A stretch of 64,000 nucleotides of DNA from Balanoglossus misakiensis (lineage: Eukaryota; Animalia; Hemichordata). The notes under the pieces are model-generated. The model ran no database searches. It saw only the letters and a program-made list of their open reading frames with translations, and was not told where the DNA came from. The stretch lies in the NCBI GenBank assembly GCA_040954595.2, contig CM082595.2, positions 3,767,943 to 3,831,942 on the forward strand, in the 5' to 3' direction. The translations under genes were made by a program, and so were the position numbers. This document shows positions 37,314 to 50,700 of the stretch, in pieces; the stretch's first letter is position 1, and each line of letters begins with the position of its first letter.

Positions 37314-40300
37314 GGAAGAGTTTAGCTGAAACGTACAGTGAATTTCACGAACAAAAGGTTCTTGTTCTGCTTCTTGACATGACTGTTAAGCATTAAATCT
37401 TATAAAGATTATATATTATAAATGAAAAAGTGCGAAAATCTTATTGGAACGATAAAATAAACTTTCTGACATGTAAGAGGAAACTCCTGACTTAGTGTCA
37501 TATGTACTTTAACTCAAAAAAACAAAAGCAGTCAACCTATAAACACTTAGTGCCTGGAGCAGTTTGGGAGATACCCAGAAACTTTGAAGGACAGAAGAAA
37601 AAATCAATACCACAGATTTATTGAATTTAAATTTATGCCAATTGTAGTGAAGACGAGTTTTGATTATACATTTTGCCGACTGACGTGTGAGCACATGTTT
37701 ATAAGACTGTTTGAGGAGCAATAGCATAGATTGAGTGGTCAGTTTATTTATGGGTTTTCTCCGTAATTACCAGAAAATTATCAAGAGAGAGGTAATTACT
37801 TTTTGAACATCGGTAAATTTCAGCCCAAAACAGCACATAAACGTCACGATTTATGAGTTTTAATACCGATGCACGATTTGTAAAGTACATCACACCTGAG
37901 TTTTAATGGAAGGTAATAAAATGTTTTCTGATAAGGGATGTGGACGGTGTCAGTAAATTTCCCAGATGTCAGGGACATACATGTGTCTACAAGTTATCTC
38001 TGTGTGGACTATAGTCTTCGTGAATGTGACAGTTCCTTGCTGGAACGACCTGACCATTTTGAAAAGTTATCACAACAGTTTCAAGATCACTTTTGGCCAA
38101 AAACTGTAATCTCAAACATTTCTTGGATGTCTCAGAAAAATGAAATTGACCACAGAAATGTCTGGAAAATTATTTAGCATATCCCTTGAGCTGTGAATGA
38201 TTACCCAAAATGTTGATTATTGTAAAACAGTGTGAAACAACAGCAGCGATCTCTTTGCCATGGTTGAAAGCTGTAAACATACCTGTGTTTCGTGATAAGG
38301 AGGAAAATAACTCTCACATTGTGAAGGTACATGTATCATAACAGTTTGTAAATTTCAGTAGAACAATAAATATTTCCATGTCCCTGCTCCTTTAAGAAAC
38401 ATTTTGATACCGTGTACTGGTTGAAGCTAGTGTTGTACTTTGACATGATAGCCATTTCTGCTTCAGGCTGTTCCAATCAACATCTTTTGATGTAATGTCC
38501 ACCCTGAGGCATCTACGCTGAAGAAAGCGCTGCTCATCGAGTCTTTAGAAAACGCAAAGTTGCGTAGAGATCTTGTTTGCAAGAGTACCGCAGTACTTCT
38601 AGGATAGGCTCTTTTCAAAAATAGCATTTTTCAAACTATTAATCGTGACAGTCAATGATTATAGTGTTGAGATGGGTTGATACACACACTGTCACAGCAC
38701 TCTATTTTCCCCCAAGAAACCAACATAAAGAGTTTCTACTGTAATAAGCGTTTTTTACAGTGGCCACAGTATGTTGTGATGGGATTCTGTGGGCACATAT
38801 TCACAGACACCAACACTGATCAGTATATATAGGCCAAGAAATGCATTGGTTGCGGGTGTGGGGAGGGGAAGGGAGGGGAGAGGGACTTTTAATTTTTTTA
38901 ATTTTTGCTATATAATTGTACGAGATGTCGGTTCTCCCAGGCAGTCCTCTTCAAGAGGCTCAAAAGAACTCGTTGAACCTCAGATGCATTGTCACATCCT
39001 TTTATCGTAGACGTGCAGCAATATTTTCCCCATTTGCACTGCCTTGAGTATTTTGAAACGTGAAATATTGAATGTATGTACACAAGTAATTACTCTGAAG
39101 AGCAATTGGATTATGTCTGTTGACAAATGAATTTAGAGCTGGATTTAAATGCATTTTTGACAGTGTTTTTAAAATGCACTGTTTGCTTTTTTCGCGTGCA
39201 AGGACTCTTGCAGCCCCGAGCAATCCATTATACTTTTGTATCGAACAGCATTAATGTGCACTAAATCTTACTCATTAAAATGATGAAAAAAATATATCAA
39301 AAGTTACAACTCTTACCGTTTGAACTTTGCTTCGTATGTTGTCACGGAAATCTGTCAACTTCATGAGTATCAAGTATTTTGAAACTGAAAACTTTGTGGT
39401 CGAATTTCCAACTGTGGCTTTTCAATACAGTAAAACCTGTGAAGGGAATAGAATAAGAAACTATTGTTGATGCAGAGAGAGAATGAAAAATACTGAAAAA
39501 TTATCCAATGTCATAGCTTCCATACTTTATTGAGCACTCTCAGTTAATTGATTGAAAAAAGACTGATTTCCTATAACAGTCTCCCTGGCTCTGGGCTACT
39601 CAGTATTTGAGTTGGATGCTGACTTCAAACATGAGGATGTTAAAGGCAATTGGAACAGTAGTTTTGATAATTGCATTAGTGTTATCAAGGGCAAACTGTT
39701 TCACACTTTCACTGTGATTAATTTCTTTCAGACATTGCTGACATGTTGACGGCGTACATCAGAAATTATCTGAGTGCTGGGAGTTCTTGTGTGTGTGTTT
39801 TTGTAGCTTTCCCATTTGGCTGATTACAGCTGCAGTTTCTTTGGGTACTTTTTCTGCAGAGTAGAACGTGTGCAAGATGTTCTGTTGTGGAGTCAATTTA
39901 CTTGAAACATCCGTGGTTCACTGCGTGATTTGTCATATGGTTTAATAGTGGTATCTAGCTGGATTTTGTCCGCTTTGCTTTTCGCTGTTTTGGAGCAGTG
40001 CAGACAAAACCTGGCTAGATACTAGAGTATCATATGGTATGCTGCCATTTTCTTGCATTATTTTCATAATTTTTACTTTCAAACTTAAAATGGCCCATTT
40101 AAATGAGCTAACTGATGGGTATACACTGCATGATTACATTGATCCAATGGTTCAAGAAGTAGATATATTTACTAGAATCTATCTATCAATAGTTCAAGAA
40201 CCCAGAAAAATATATCTCCCCCCCCCCTTGTCGCCACACAGCTGACATGACCGTCTGTATCTACTCATCACGAGATCAAAAAAACCCCGAGATGGTTCGA

Positions 40301-43300
40301 TCCTATCCCATATCCTCTCATTGTAGCAGTGTATTACCAGACCCATCAATCTCACATCAATTAAGACGATACTTTGTGACGTCTTCGCGCTGCAAAGTTG
40401 AAATTGAAATGGCTTGCAGGGAAGTTACGGTCGTGCGACGTACACTACAGAGTACAAGACTAATTAAGACAGCCTCTCAATACACATTGATTTCGCCTTT
40501 CTTACTCCTGAATGGAAACGCACCGATTGACGCAATTGCCCCGCTTCGGTTTCCGTGACAACCAGCCAGAGATACGGGATCGATAGACACGGTAATGGGA
40601 TGCATACCACCAGAAATTTGACACAATTGCAAATGGTCAGTGGTAACATAACCACTTTCCGGCATCCAAAGCAGATATCAGATAGTGTATCCAACATCAA
40701 GCAGTTTTGCTTCTAGCAAGCCAGCTTGTAAGGGAACACTTTGCTTTTACTTTATCCTATTTATTAAAACCCCATGAGCTGCAAATTTTCACATATTATT
40801 TTTCAATATTAAAATACTTCAATCTTCTCACTGTCCTTTTCAATCAACCCCACTATTATAGCCATATTAATTGTACATGTATCAGTTCGTCATTGTCTCC
40901 TGAGCAAAAACAACTTGTTGTCTTAAAAATTGCTTGGTTTAGTTATTAATCAGATTTCCCATGAGAATTTAGTATGACGCAAATCCAACTTTACATATTC
41001 ATCTTCTCAGTTCCAGCCCTGTCATAACTTATTCTCACGTCATAAAGTATTCTTCGCAGAATTAATTTATGAATAATTTATGTTTTTCATTATCCGATAG
41101 TTTTTGTCTGAGATAATAACATGGTTGTCTTAATAAATTTATCACTTCAGACAAAGAAAACTTATTGTAAGTCTTTTGTGTGGGATTTTCAAACATCGTA
41201 TGAGTCAACAAGCATTTGGTGATTACTATCAGAAAGAAACAAATATCGGTGTTTTTGTGAAGGGGGGTACAAAGGTAAATGTTACCAGTGTTCCCCAGTC
41301 ATTTTACCAATTCTGAACGTCCAGACCGAGATCTGAAATTCCGGATCTTTAGGGGTGCACTACAGTTTTGGGGGCTACACTATAGAAAAACAGCTCTTAA
41401 CTACCGCATAGGGGGGCAAGACTACCATCTTGTTATTGCAATGAACGACAATTTTTTAGGTACCCCTGTAGTAGGTTCCCCTTGGTATATCATTACAGTA
41501 AGGTACTGACTTTGATGACTTTAGCCTGGCCTATAGCTTACCCAGTTGGAAACTTAGTTCAGACCTGTACAGTAATCACTCACTATGCACTGCCGAGTAG
41601 ATAAAAGTTCGTGAGGGAAGAGAATAGTCGAATGACGTCATGAAGCTGGGTGATGGATAATTTCTGTCATCAGTGTGACATCCTTCAAGGAGTTTTCCAT
41701 GGGTACCTCATGTTCATTTTCAACGAACACCATTCAAGATTTTGACTCCAAATGCGCGAATTATCAAAATTGTGTAGAAAATGAGGCTAGAGTTAACAGA
41801 GCCGAGTTGTCATGGAAATCTACAATCAAATCAGTGCTATCAATATGAGATTGCTGGAGTTTTTTAAAGTCAATTTCTGTTTGGTTGAACGAGCCGATGG
41901 AGTGATAGACGTATTTTGATTAGATCATAATAAAAATGCTGGTACTTAGTTCGCAAGTTGTGACAATGAGACGTGACTCTGCATTCACTCCGATTCTGCA
42001 GAGATAATCAAATTTGACATAGAGATGAAAATAATCCCCCCAATTTAACTTCCAACTAACCAGGGAGGGAGAGGGTTCGACATTTTGAAAACACTGTAGC
42101 CAGATAAATACAGCCATGTAGGGAAAAAAGTTTTAAAAACTCTTAAGACACCAGAGAAAGTTAGCTGTTGGTTCCATTTTCTTCACCCTAAGGGCCCTTT
42201 AACATAAAATGGTTCAACCCAATTTTCGTCTACCAACCAGAGAGTATCATATTGTTATTACATAAAAAGCATAGTGTTGGAAAGTGAGATGATTTGTGCA
42301 ATCTAAAAAAAAATTACACGTAGAAAAATGAATAAATCGATCGAAACCCATTAGGTTACCATGCAGACACGCTGTTCTAATCATTTTGACATTTTGGGAA
42401 CTTTTTAGAACAGATTTCTAATTGCCAATAGCAGCTCTTGTGTATGTATGTGCTGTCAGTCCGCTGTATTAAGTGTAATAATACTTTGGACAGTGTATGA
42501 TGCGTAATGATGGTGATATTCAGCGATCCCAGCCTTATACTGCTAACAACCACTTTTTTTCTATAATTCTCAGTACTTTAAATAGGTTTTTGCTGCCTAG
42601 GTGGGTGATAAAAAGTCTGACGCAGTGGACAGAATTTCAAGATGACAGATTTCTGCTCATGCAGTTCATAAACTAAATTAACGATAGGTCATACAGAAAT
42701 ATATACCAGAAAAAAAAAATGGTGTCTCCGATTCCGAACTAAACAGATCATGAAACACAGAAAAGAAATTGACTGAGATTAGTTACAGTGACTGTCCCTT
42801 TAACAATATGGTGGTAGCGTTCACAAAGATGCTATTAAAGTAGATGTGCAAATTCATATTGAGGGCTTGTTAAACTATCCTGATTCAACCGTTATACCAA
42901 GTGCCCATTTCCAAATACATTCTGCCCTATCTGGTATTCTATTTATCATTGTGGTACATTCTGTATATGTATGATGCAAAGACACTGCTACATTGGGTCA
43001 ATAGATGAATGATGTGTGGATCTGGTCACTATGAATGTTTAGTCCATTCAGGACATTTTTCACTGTCACGACACCACTGCCATGGCAACCAAGACGTAAG
43101 CCCCCCTCATGGACTTGTCAATTTTCGCAGATGCTGCAGATCATTCGAAAAGAAGCATTCCTTGTTTTCTCATCAAAATATCTTTGTGAGTAGAGTTTGA
43201 AACAACTCCAAAATCAATATAGTAAGAATTAGATAAACACCTCCCAAGTTAGGTTTGTATCAGCCATGACAAACATGATCACTCGAGACTGCCAACTCAG

Positions 43301-44198
43301 TGTATTGCGCTTTGTTCCACAGGAAAAACGACCAAAGTGCCGAGTTTATTTTATCCCCACACAGTCCCACAACACCCCAAAGGAGAAAAAGGTTAAAAAT
43401 CACTCAACCCCGGTGATAAATCATGCGACCAACAAACACCAGGTCTCCTGCATGGAGGAAATAATAAATATCATGACTCGCTAAAAATAACTCCCCTCTC
43501 CGCAGAGTTGGAAACTTTTTCCCCAGCTCTCTATTTCAGAAATGCTAATGGCAAAGTGGGGCTAATGGCTTGCCACTTAACCTTTCACTCATTCTCAGTG
43601 GAGTTCTCGCAAACTACACCCAACAAAATATCGTTAGTGCTTGTTAAGGTAGTAGTTGTCTTAAGTTTTTCTCATGTGCTGTATTTTTCTCAAGACAACT
43701 TAAGATCAACTTAAAAATCAGGGGTCATCATGCAAAATTTTGTATGATAGAGCAAAATTGTCTCAAATTTGAAATTCAAAATGGCCAGCAATCTCTGTGT
43801 TAACTTTAACAGGTGTTGATTGCTCTTGAAAGGATTTGGCTGTGGTTTATTCAAGGTGATCGCGGTAATCAAACGTTTGTTGCCGGGGATTGATTTTATA
43901 TCAGAACAGCTTATCTGCTGCAGTTTGAATCTTTGACATTTTTGTAATGGTTCAGCAATGCATCGCTAATAGCTTGTCTTGCCCGCCATGCCCCCATGCC
44001 ATCCGGAAAACATTTGACACCAAAATCAATGAGTTTAATTTCCCCAACATTAGATGTAGCCCTGTGATTGATTTTGATGGAGTGGTCGAGATCTTTTATC
44101 AAAGGCGGCCGACATTGACAGGGGCGTGGATTCAAAAGTCTTGCCAGGCAGCATAGTTGGAAAATATGTCTCATTGTGGGAGCATAAAAATCACAGTA

Positions 44199-44223
44199 CA
44201 GTCAAACCTATGTTAGTGGCCAC
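44199..44223 (+). mobile_element. Solo terminus of a second pogo-type MITE family
   Basis: TA-CAGTCAAACCTATGTTAGTGGCCAC; near-identical AGTCAAACCTGTGTTAGTGGCCAC at 63842-63865. Confidence 0.55.
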
Positions 44224-46522
44224 ATCTACCTATATATATGCACACAATATTAACACATGTACAACTATGTCCTAAGTGGTTTCTAAAGGCAGTCTTCAAA
44301 GAAACTAAGTTAAAACAACTACTTCCCAAAATGTCATTATCTGCATCAATACATTATGCATTTTTTTACGAATCAGTTGGATGTAGTTAAATATGCAAAT
44401 TAAAAAATCAGAATGCGTTTAAAAATGGGCAAAAGTATTTAGATGTGAAGTTAAAAGTTATTTCATTTTTCAGCGGATGAGCTTTAGTGTCTGAAGTTAT
44501 TTCTTTGAACAGCAATGATTGAGTGCAGCCCTTTCAGTTGAACTACTGGGCTTTTGAAATTCATATTCATGGTTGGGAATGGAGGACATTGAATGTGAAA
44601 ACTGAAAAAGAAAATTATCCTTTCAACAGCTTCCATCAAGGACTCCTGCTGTATTGATCTCTGCAGTCATGTACCATCAGTGAAGATGATTGCAAGGGTT
44701 GTTATTTCACAAAAATCCATTGCTTCGGGACTCGTGTCAGTAACAATGCACTGCCCGGGAAGAAGACTCTCTCTTTCGGATGCATTTATGGAAAAAAGGA
44801 ATGCAAATACACTGCATGAACTTGGCTTTAAATAGATTTGACGTGAACAGGACGAAAGAGACCTCGGGCACAAAAGGAAATCCGAGTTTATGTTCTGTTG
44901 TCACCCAAGAGTCATTGAAAATCTTCTAATGGTACATCTTGATAATTGCGTGGCGTATGTCAACACATTTGTGTTCGCCTCTGCAGTGATAGAAACTAGA
45001 ATTTTAATGTACATGTACTAAGAAGATTCTTGCTTATATACTCACATCATAGCAACCACTGGCAGCAATAACATTTTCTTTTATTACCGCAAGAGCATTC
45101 AAGGAGTCTTACGTTTCTTAATATTTGCCATCAAAATCACGAAAGCATTGTTCCAGTGGAAACGCTAATATTGGATTTTTCAAGGATTATAGAAAGTACC
45201 TTTTCAATACTGTAGATTCTAACAGTCACAAAAGATTCATTGTATTGACAGGAAATTCTGTAATTGCAGTGAGCGTAGAGACGCAGTACATGAAAGCGAA
45301 GTCTCCTCTAATCATATTCGTTCTGTCCTCATGGGAAAGGGTGTATTTCTGAAATTTTTAACACAATCAGAACTGCAGATGCGCTCTTTTATATATAGTT
45401 CAATATTTAGAGTAATCCATACCCGTTTGATATTAGCTGATGTATTGAAGTAAAGGTTATCCATTTTCTCATACTCCTAAACTTTTTTCAAAGAAAAAAT
45501 TGACTTTTTGCGTCAATTTTTATCAGACTTTGAAGTGTATATCATCAAATTCAATGGAGCATGTTTGATGTTACCAAACCCTGCACAGGGCATAGCATCA
45601 TGTATACACTTGGATGACATAATTTCTGGTATATACCTTAAATTAGTCATCAATTGTGTACATACAGAGATGAAGTGTAAGGCAGTGTTTCCTTAATACT
45701 GGATAAAACACTACATATACAATGTATATTAATCTTGCCTATATTACCAGAAGTAATACAGTCCCAAGTGGGCCTATTAGCAAATTTCCTGCAATGTATA
45801 ATACGTAATATGCCGTGTTTAACCTGGCCTAACCGGGTACATGTTAATCATGAGGGAAATCAAGCTTATTTGAGAACAGCTGTAGAATATAATTTCACAA
45901 TATCACTGATCCATCAAACACGCACTGAGCATTTATAGTAAAACTTTACAGGTAAAATGTTGTGCAGGGATTATCTTGAAACAAGACATTAACCGGTTTT
46001 TGACCTGTGTTACTTCAGTTGTAAAACAAGCAATAAAATAATAAAACTGGTTTTATCGGCCAGGATGTGATTTGCTGCTGTGTTTCAGATAACGGATAAT
46101 GACACAAGACAGTGATTTTTCCTCTGTTTTGTGATGCCATGGTAACGGGTCTTTCACATGCATGTAGTACGTAGCTTACTAGTAAAAAGCAATGGCTGCA
46201 GGGTCAAAATCCTTGTCTGAACACAGCATGTGACTGGCTATAATGATTGTAAATACCGTAAAATCAGACACTTTTATGTGCAAATATTGAAATTCTGTTT
46301 CATGGTTCAGCTGTTTTCTTTTTCGTACCCGCTGCGTTTATCACAAAACACACTGACATCGTGGGCATAACCCGTTTTACAGTACTCTGCATTGGACAGA
46401 TTACGCAACTCATCAATGATTCGTAACTTTTCTACAACATGATGAACCTATTAAAGCATCCAATTGACGAGGATAGCCATAAGTTTATTAAAAGAGATAT
46501 CTTCTTTTTTTCCTCTTTGCAG

Positions 46523-46672
46523 ATTGTTTCCGAGCAGCAGCAGAAGCAGGGCCCAATGACATCCTCAAACTGTACAACACAAAAGGCAATATCGTTAACA
46601 TATCACCCAAACTTGAAGAGAATACGCCAGATGACCGATACAAGCTAGAAGTGGTCGCCACTCACTGCACAA
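46523..46672 (+). CDS. PDE9A: PDE9-like phosphodiesterase, coding exon 2
   Basis: Strong acceptor CTTCTTTTTTTCCTCTTTGCAG, 150 nt, phase 1-1, donor A|GTAAGA. Encodes (D)CFRAAAEAGPNDILKLYNTKGNIVNISPKLEENTPDDRYKLEVVATHCT, matching the PDE9 N-terminal pattern LF..A.G......L......V.I.P....N.....YK...VA. Confidence 0.9.
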
Positions 46673-47362
46673 GTAAGAAGTACTTAGTTTATACCTAGCA
46701 TGATTTTGACCCCTGACTCTGACCTTCTACTCTGACCTGACTTTTGATCGAATATGTCACGACACAAGACATTTGACAAAGCTCTATCATGACGATCGTG
46801 ACATTTCCCCGATAACTGTTCAGATATTTGTGGCCTTGGTAACCATTAAAGATGTCTGTCATTTCCCCCGACATTGTTTATCTGACTTTCCTTCAGCATC
46901 AGTTGCCATAGAAATGACAAATTTTCAATTTCTGTTGATGTCGATCGAGTTCAGCTGTTACCAGAGAACGTTACGTTTCCATAGTTACTGAAGACTGATA
47001 GCAGAACAATGTCAGAGCCAAATAATCACAAAGGAACTGAAAATGGTGATTGCATACAATTGAAATTAACAGTAGCATATGTCAAATGTATAGCTTCTAC
47101 AATCAAGCCTTGGATACTCGCAGTTCATTGAAGGCTTCTAGAAGGAGCTATCAGATGTGCAATTTCGCACAAGATTTGTTATTTTGATTAGCTTCAGGCC
47201 GTCATGCTGCGACTTTTTAATTTTGAGAAAAAGTATCTCTTTCGCTTGCAGCCTTTCCGCTATACTGTCTCAGATTCAAGGTTGTTGAATGTGTATTTTC
47301 GACTCAAGTTACAAATCCAACTTTTGTGAAGTTTGCAATAACAAAACGAAATTTTGAATACC

Positions 47363-47767
47363 GGTAAAGCAAACACAAATATTCTTGGTTAACAGGAGGC
47401 AGCTACCTGGTCAAAAAGTATTAAGTACACTGTCCCTTGCAAGAAAAAGGGTCCAAAACTGCATAGAAATCTGTAGATATCCATAGAAATACTATTAACT
47501 TCTGTAGAAATTCTATAGATTTCTATAGAATGTTTTTGTAAGGGTATAGATGTCTATAGAAATTCTATAGATATCTATAGAATGTTTTTTGTAAGTGTAC
47601 AGGTAAAGCAAACACAAGTGGGCAGCTACCTGGTCAAAAAGTATTAGTACATTGTCCCTTGCAAGAAAAGGGGTCCAAAAGTATATAGAAATCTTAAGAT
47701 GTTCATAGAAATTCTATTAACTTCTGTAGAAATTCTACAGATGTCTATAGAATGTTTTTGTATGGGG
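47363..47767. repeat. Tandem duplication (~240-bp period) of flank + small TIR element with internal TCTATAGA repeats
   Basis: GGTAAAGCAAACACAA...GGCAGCTACCTGGTCAAAAAGTATTA occurs at ~47363 and ~47602. Each is followed by CCCTTGCAAGAAAA...TTTTTGTA(A/T)GGG (imperfect TIRs; 47434-47544 and 47656-47766) filled with ~11-bp TCTATAGAAAT units. Confidence 0.85.
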
Positions 47768-50700
47768 CTAGCTCTTTCTCTTTGCTGATAAGTATGGAGT
47801 TGAGGGAAAACACTGGAGGCAGTTGACCTTCCGGAAAGCTAATATGAGGATCATTAAGTGTGCACTCTAACTTCGAGTGAACAGAAATGTCATTAGCGCT
47901 GTAGTCTTTCCTAATGTCTGCAGAGGGGTTGAACTTTACAGATGTTGACAGTGCTCGTTAAGTGATGATCGCGATTAACTCGCAGATTTTCGGAGGGGCC
48001 TGGGAACAGTGTCAGGCGCCTTGGCGATGTAAAAGTACACCAGATAAATTCCTGATGAGACGGAGAAGCAGAATACTACAGACAAAATGCACGATCAAGA
48101 TAATTTTGTACTGTTTGCGAAAAATGTCACACTTCGTTATGAATATACAGTTTAACACATTTTGTCTGAACATTCTGAATTTAATGTTGCATTGGAGATA
48201 TGACAAAATGGAATAGCACAAGGCCAGTAATAGTCTTAACTGGCCAAGGACTGGATGCATTTTAGTGGCATTGATGCATGTATGCCCTCTGAATCATATT
48301 AAATGGCAATTAATGTAAATAATAAATGAATAATTATGATAATTGCTTGGAACAATAATTGCCAATCACTATGATTAATTCCTGCAATATTCATATTGAA
48401 GGTACAGGTGTGGTAATTCAACATTTCTGTGACATTTTGTAGTAAGACATGCACGTACTGTTTTTGAGATTGGCCTGGAAAGTGTTCCAAATACGAAGTC
48501 TAACTAGGTCAACGGCCCGTTAACAACAAGTCAGTACATTCAAATTTGTTCAGTTGGCTAGGCAAATAATTTATATAAATCACAAAGTCTTCAATTTGAG
48601 CTTACTGTTAAGTCGGTTTATTACGATTTAAAGCACTAGATTAGTGTGTTAGTTTGATTTGCTAAAACATTAAAATTAGCAGCAACATCTTACGTACAAA
48701 AACACCATCTGAAACAGCAAGATTTCTGGCAATGTACAGTGTCACCAAGGAAACCGATGGCTGCTGGAAAGACATGAGCATAGTACAGACTGCAAAACAG
48801 GACAGGGAATTTTCACGATATCGAAAGAGGCAAGACAGCAAATATCTGATGTTTTCCCTTCAAGAAAGACTCCTCACAAACTTTAATATATTAAAGAATT
48901 TAACTATTATTTTTTCTGAAAATCTTTCCCGGAGGTGCGCGCTATCTCAGATACTACAGCTTCTGGTCTGGTTTTCCTAAATCATCTCCTATGCAGCGCG
49001 ATTAGTATTAGTAGAGGGTACCAGCACAGGAGACCTTATTAGCTGCGAATTGGTACCGTGAGACATGGAGATGGTATCGCGGCTTGAAATCAGGGCTTGC
49101 GTTGCCTTTGAGCTGATGTGCGTAATGGGGTCCAACTTGGAAGCGATGACGCGGGTATTACCTTCCCCGGTCAGAATGGCAAATGAGATGGATTTGTCGC
49201 TGCTGTAGTTCAGCATTATATGTGAGATATTATTTTCTGTACAGAAAAATCAATTTATCAGGTTTCATACTAATATAGAAAACTGCACTCATGTTGGATG
49301 ATAGCAAGTGATCGGATATGGTATACCATTATCTATTTGATGATTGTCTTATGATTATTGTTATAGAGTCGGTATTTTCGTCAGGGATACTTGATATCTT
49401 TCGCATTCATGACAGGATGTTCAACTATATCAACTGTACTCTTAGCTTGTCATTCTCACGACAGAGCAACTGTACACATTCAACTATGATATTAAAAGAA
49501 AAACATAGCATGAGCTTGTGCTGTTTGTTGAGGATGTAAGAATGCTTTTACTTTAGATTTCAATTTCTTAGATTCTCATTTGTATGCTTTCATCAAAAGG
49601 TTTGCTGTACTTGCTATTTACGAACAGATCAATGCAAGTTTTCATGAAATGAGGATGTTTGAAATTTGATGGTTATTACCAAGCTCTGTTGAGAGAGAGA
49701 AAAAAGGGATTTCTTTGAGGCTGATCCAAATTGTAAAATGATGCTGTTGTTGAAAATTTATCAGACATACACTGTTTTTTTCAAGTATTGAAAATTGCTT
49801 CACATTATCTATCATAACCAAAAGCCCTGAAATATTGCGAGGCCTTTTATCTTTCTCAAAAATACCTATTGTGAGAGCTGTCTGATACAGATCTTTTTTT
49901 CCCCCAACAGGTATAAAAATTATGATAACAAACATTCATATAATTGGAAAAACATTCAATTCCTTGTTAGTTGAGGCAGGGGAAAGACTATGAGTGAACA
50001 GGTCTATCACTAGCAAGTGAGTTCGTAGAAGATTGAACATCTGCTCTTTCAAATTCATCATCATTTCCAATTTTGATCTATTCTTGAATGTAACGATCTT
50101 CCTTTAATTCCTGGAAAATTGTTTTCTCAGTTCAATTATGAAATGTCATGACCTATTGTAGGCGAGTGTATGGAACATGATTCACAAAGAACTGTCGTAA
50201 TTGCTGGTGTATATTTTGCAGAAATATTTTGCAGCTAGAGAAGTTTATACATGTTTCAACTTTATGTAATGTAGTGTAGCACATTTTTCAAACAACATTC
50301 AATAGGATGGCTTAATTGTTCTGTAGACTAGTCACTATGCACCAGGTATAACCATGGACGCTACTGTAATAGGGTGTGACTTTAAAGTCTGTTGATGACC
50401 ATATCATGGTGCGTTTTATCGCATGGACACCCAAGTGAAAATCTGTGCTTGGATGGATCTCCATTTCCATGGCAACTGTGATGAAATTTGCATAGATGAC
50501 GAGCTTCAGTGTGTAATATAACAGGTCTATATACTGTATGCGCTGTGATTGATAAATCATGTCATGAGCATCGATCGATCATCTTTGCTCTGAAGGGTTG
50601 TGTTTATGGTAGATGGTATGGATGAGATTGAAATCTGGTGTTTTAAACATGTTTTTGATCACAGGGTATAGCAAAAACAAATCCTATCTGACGTATCTGC

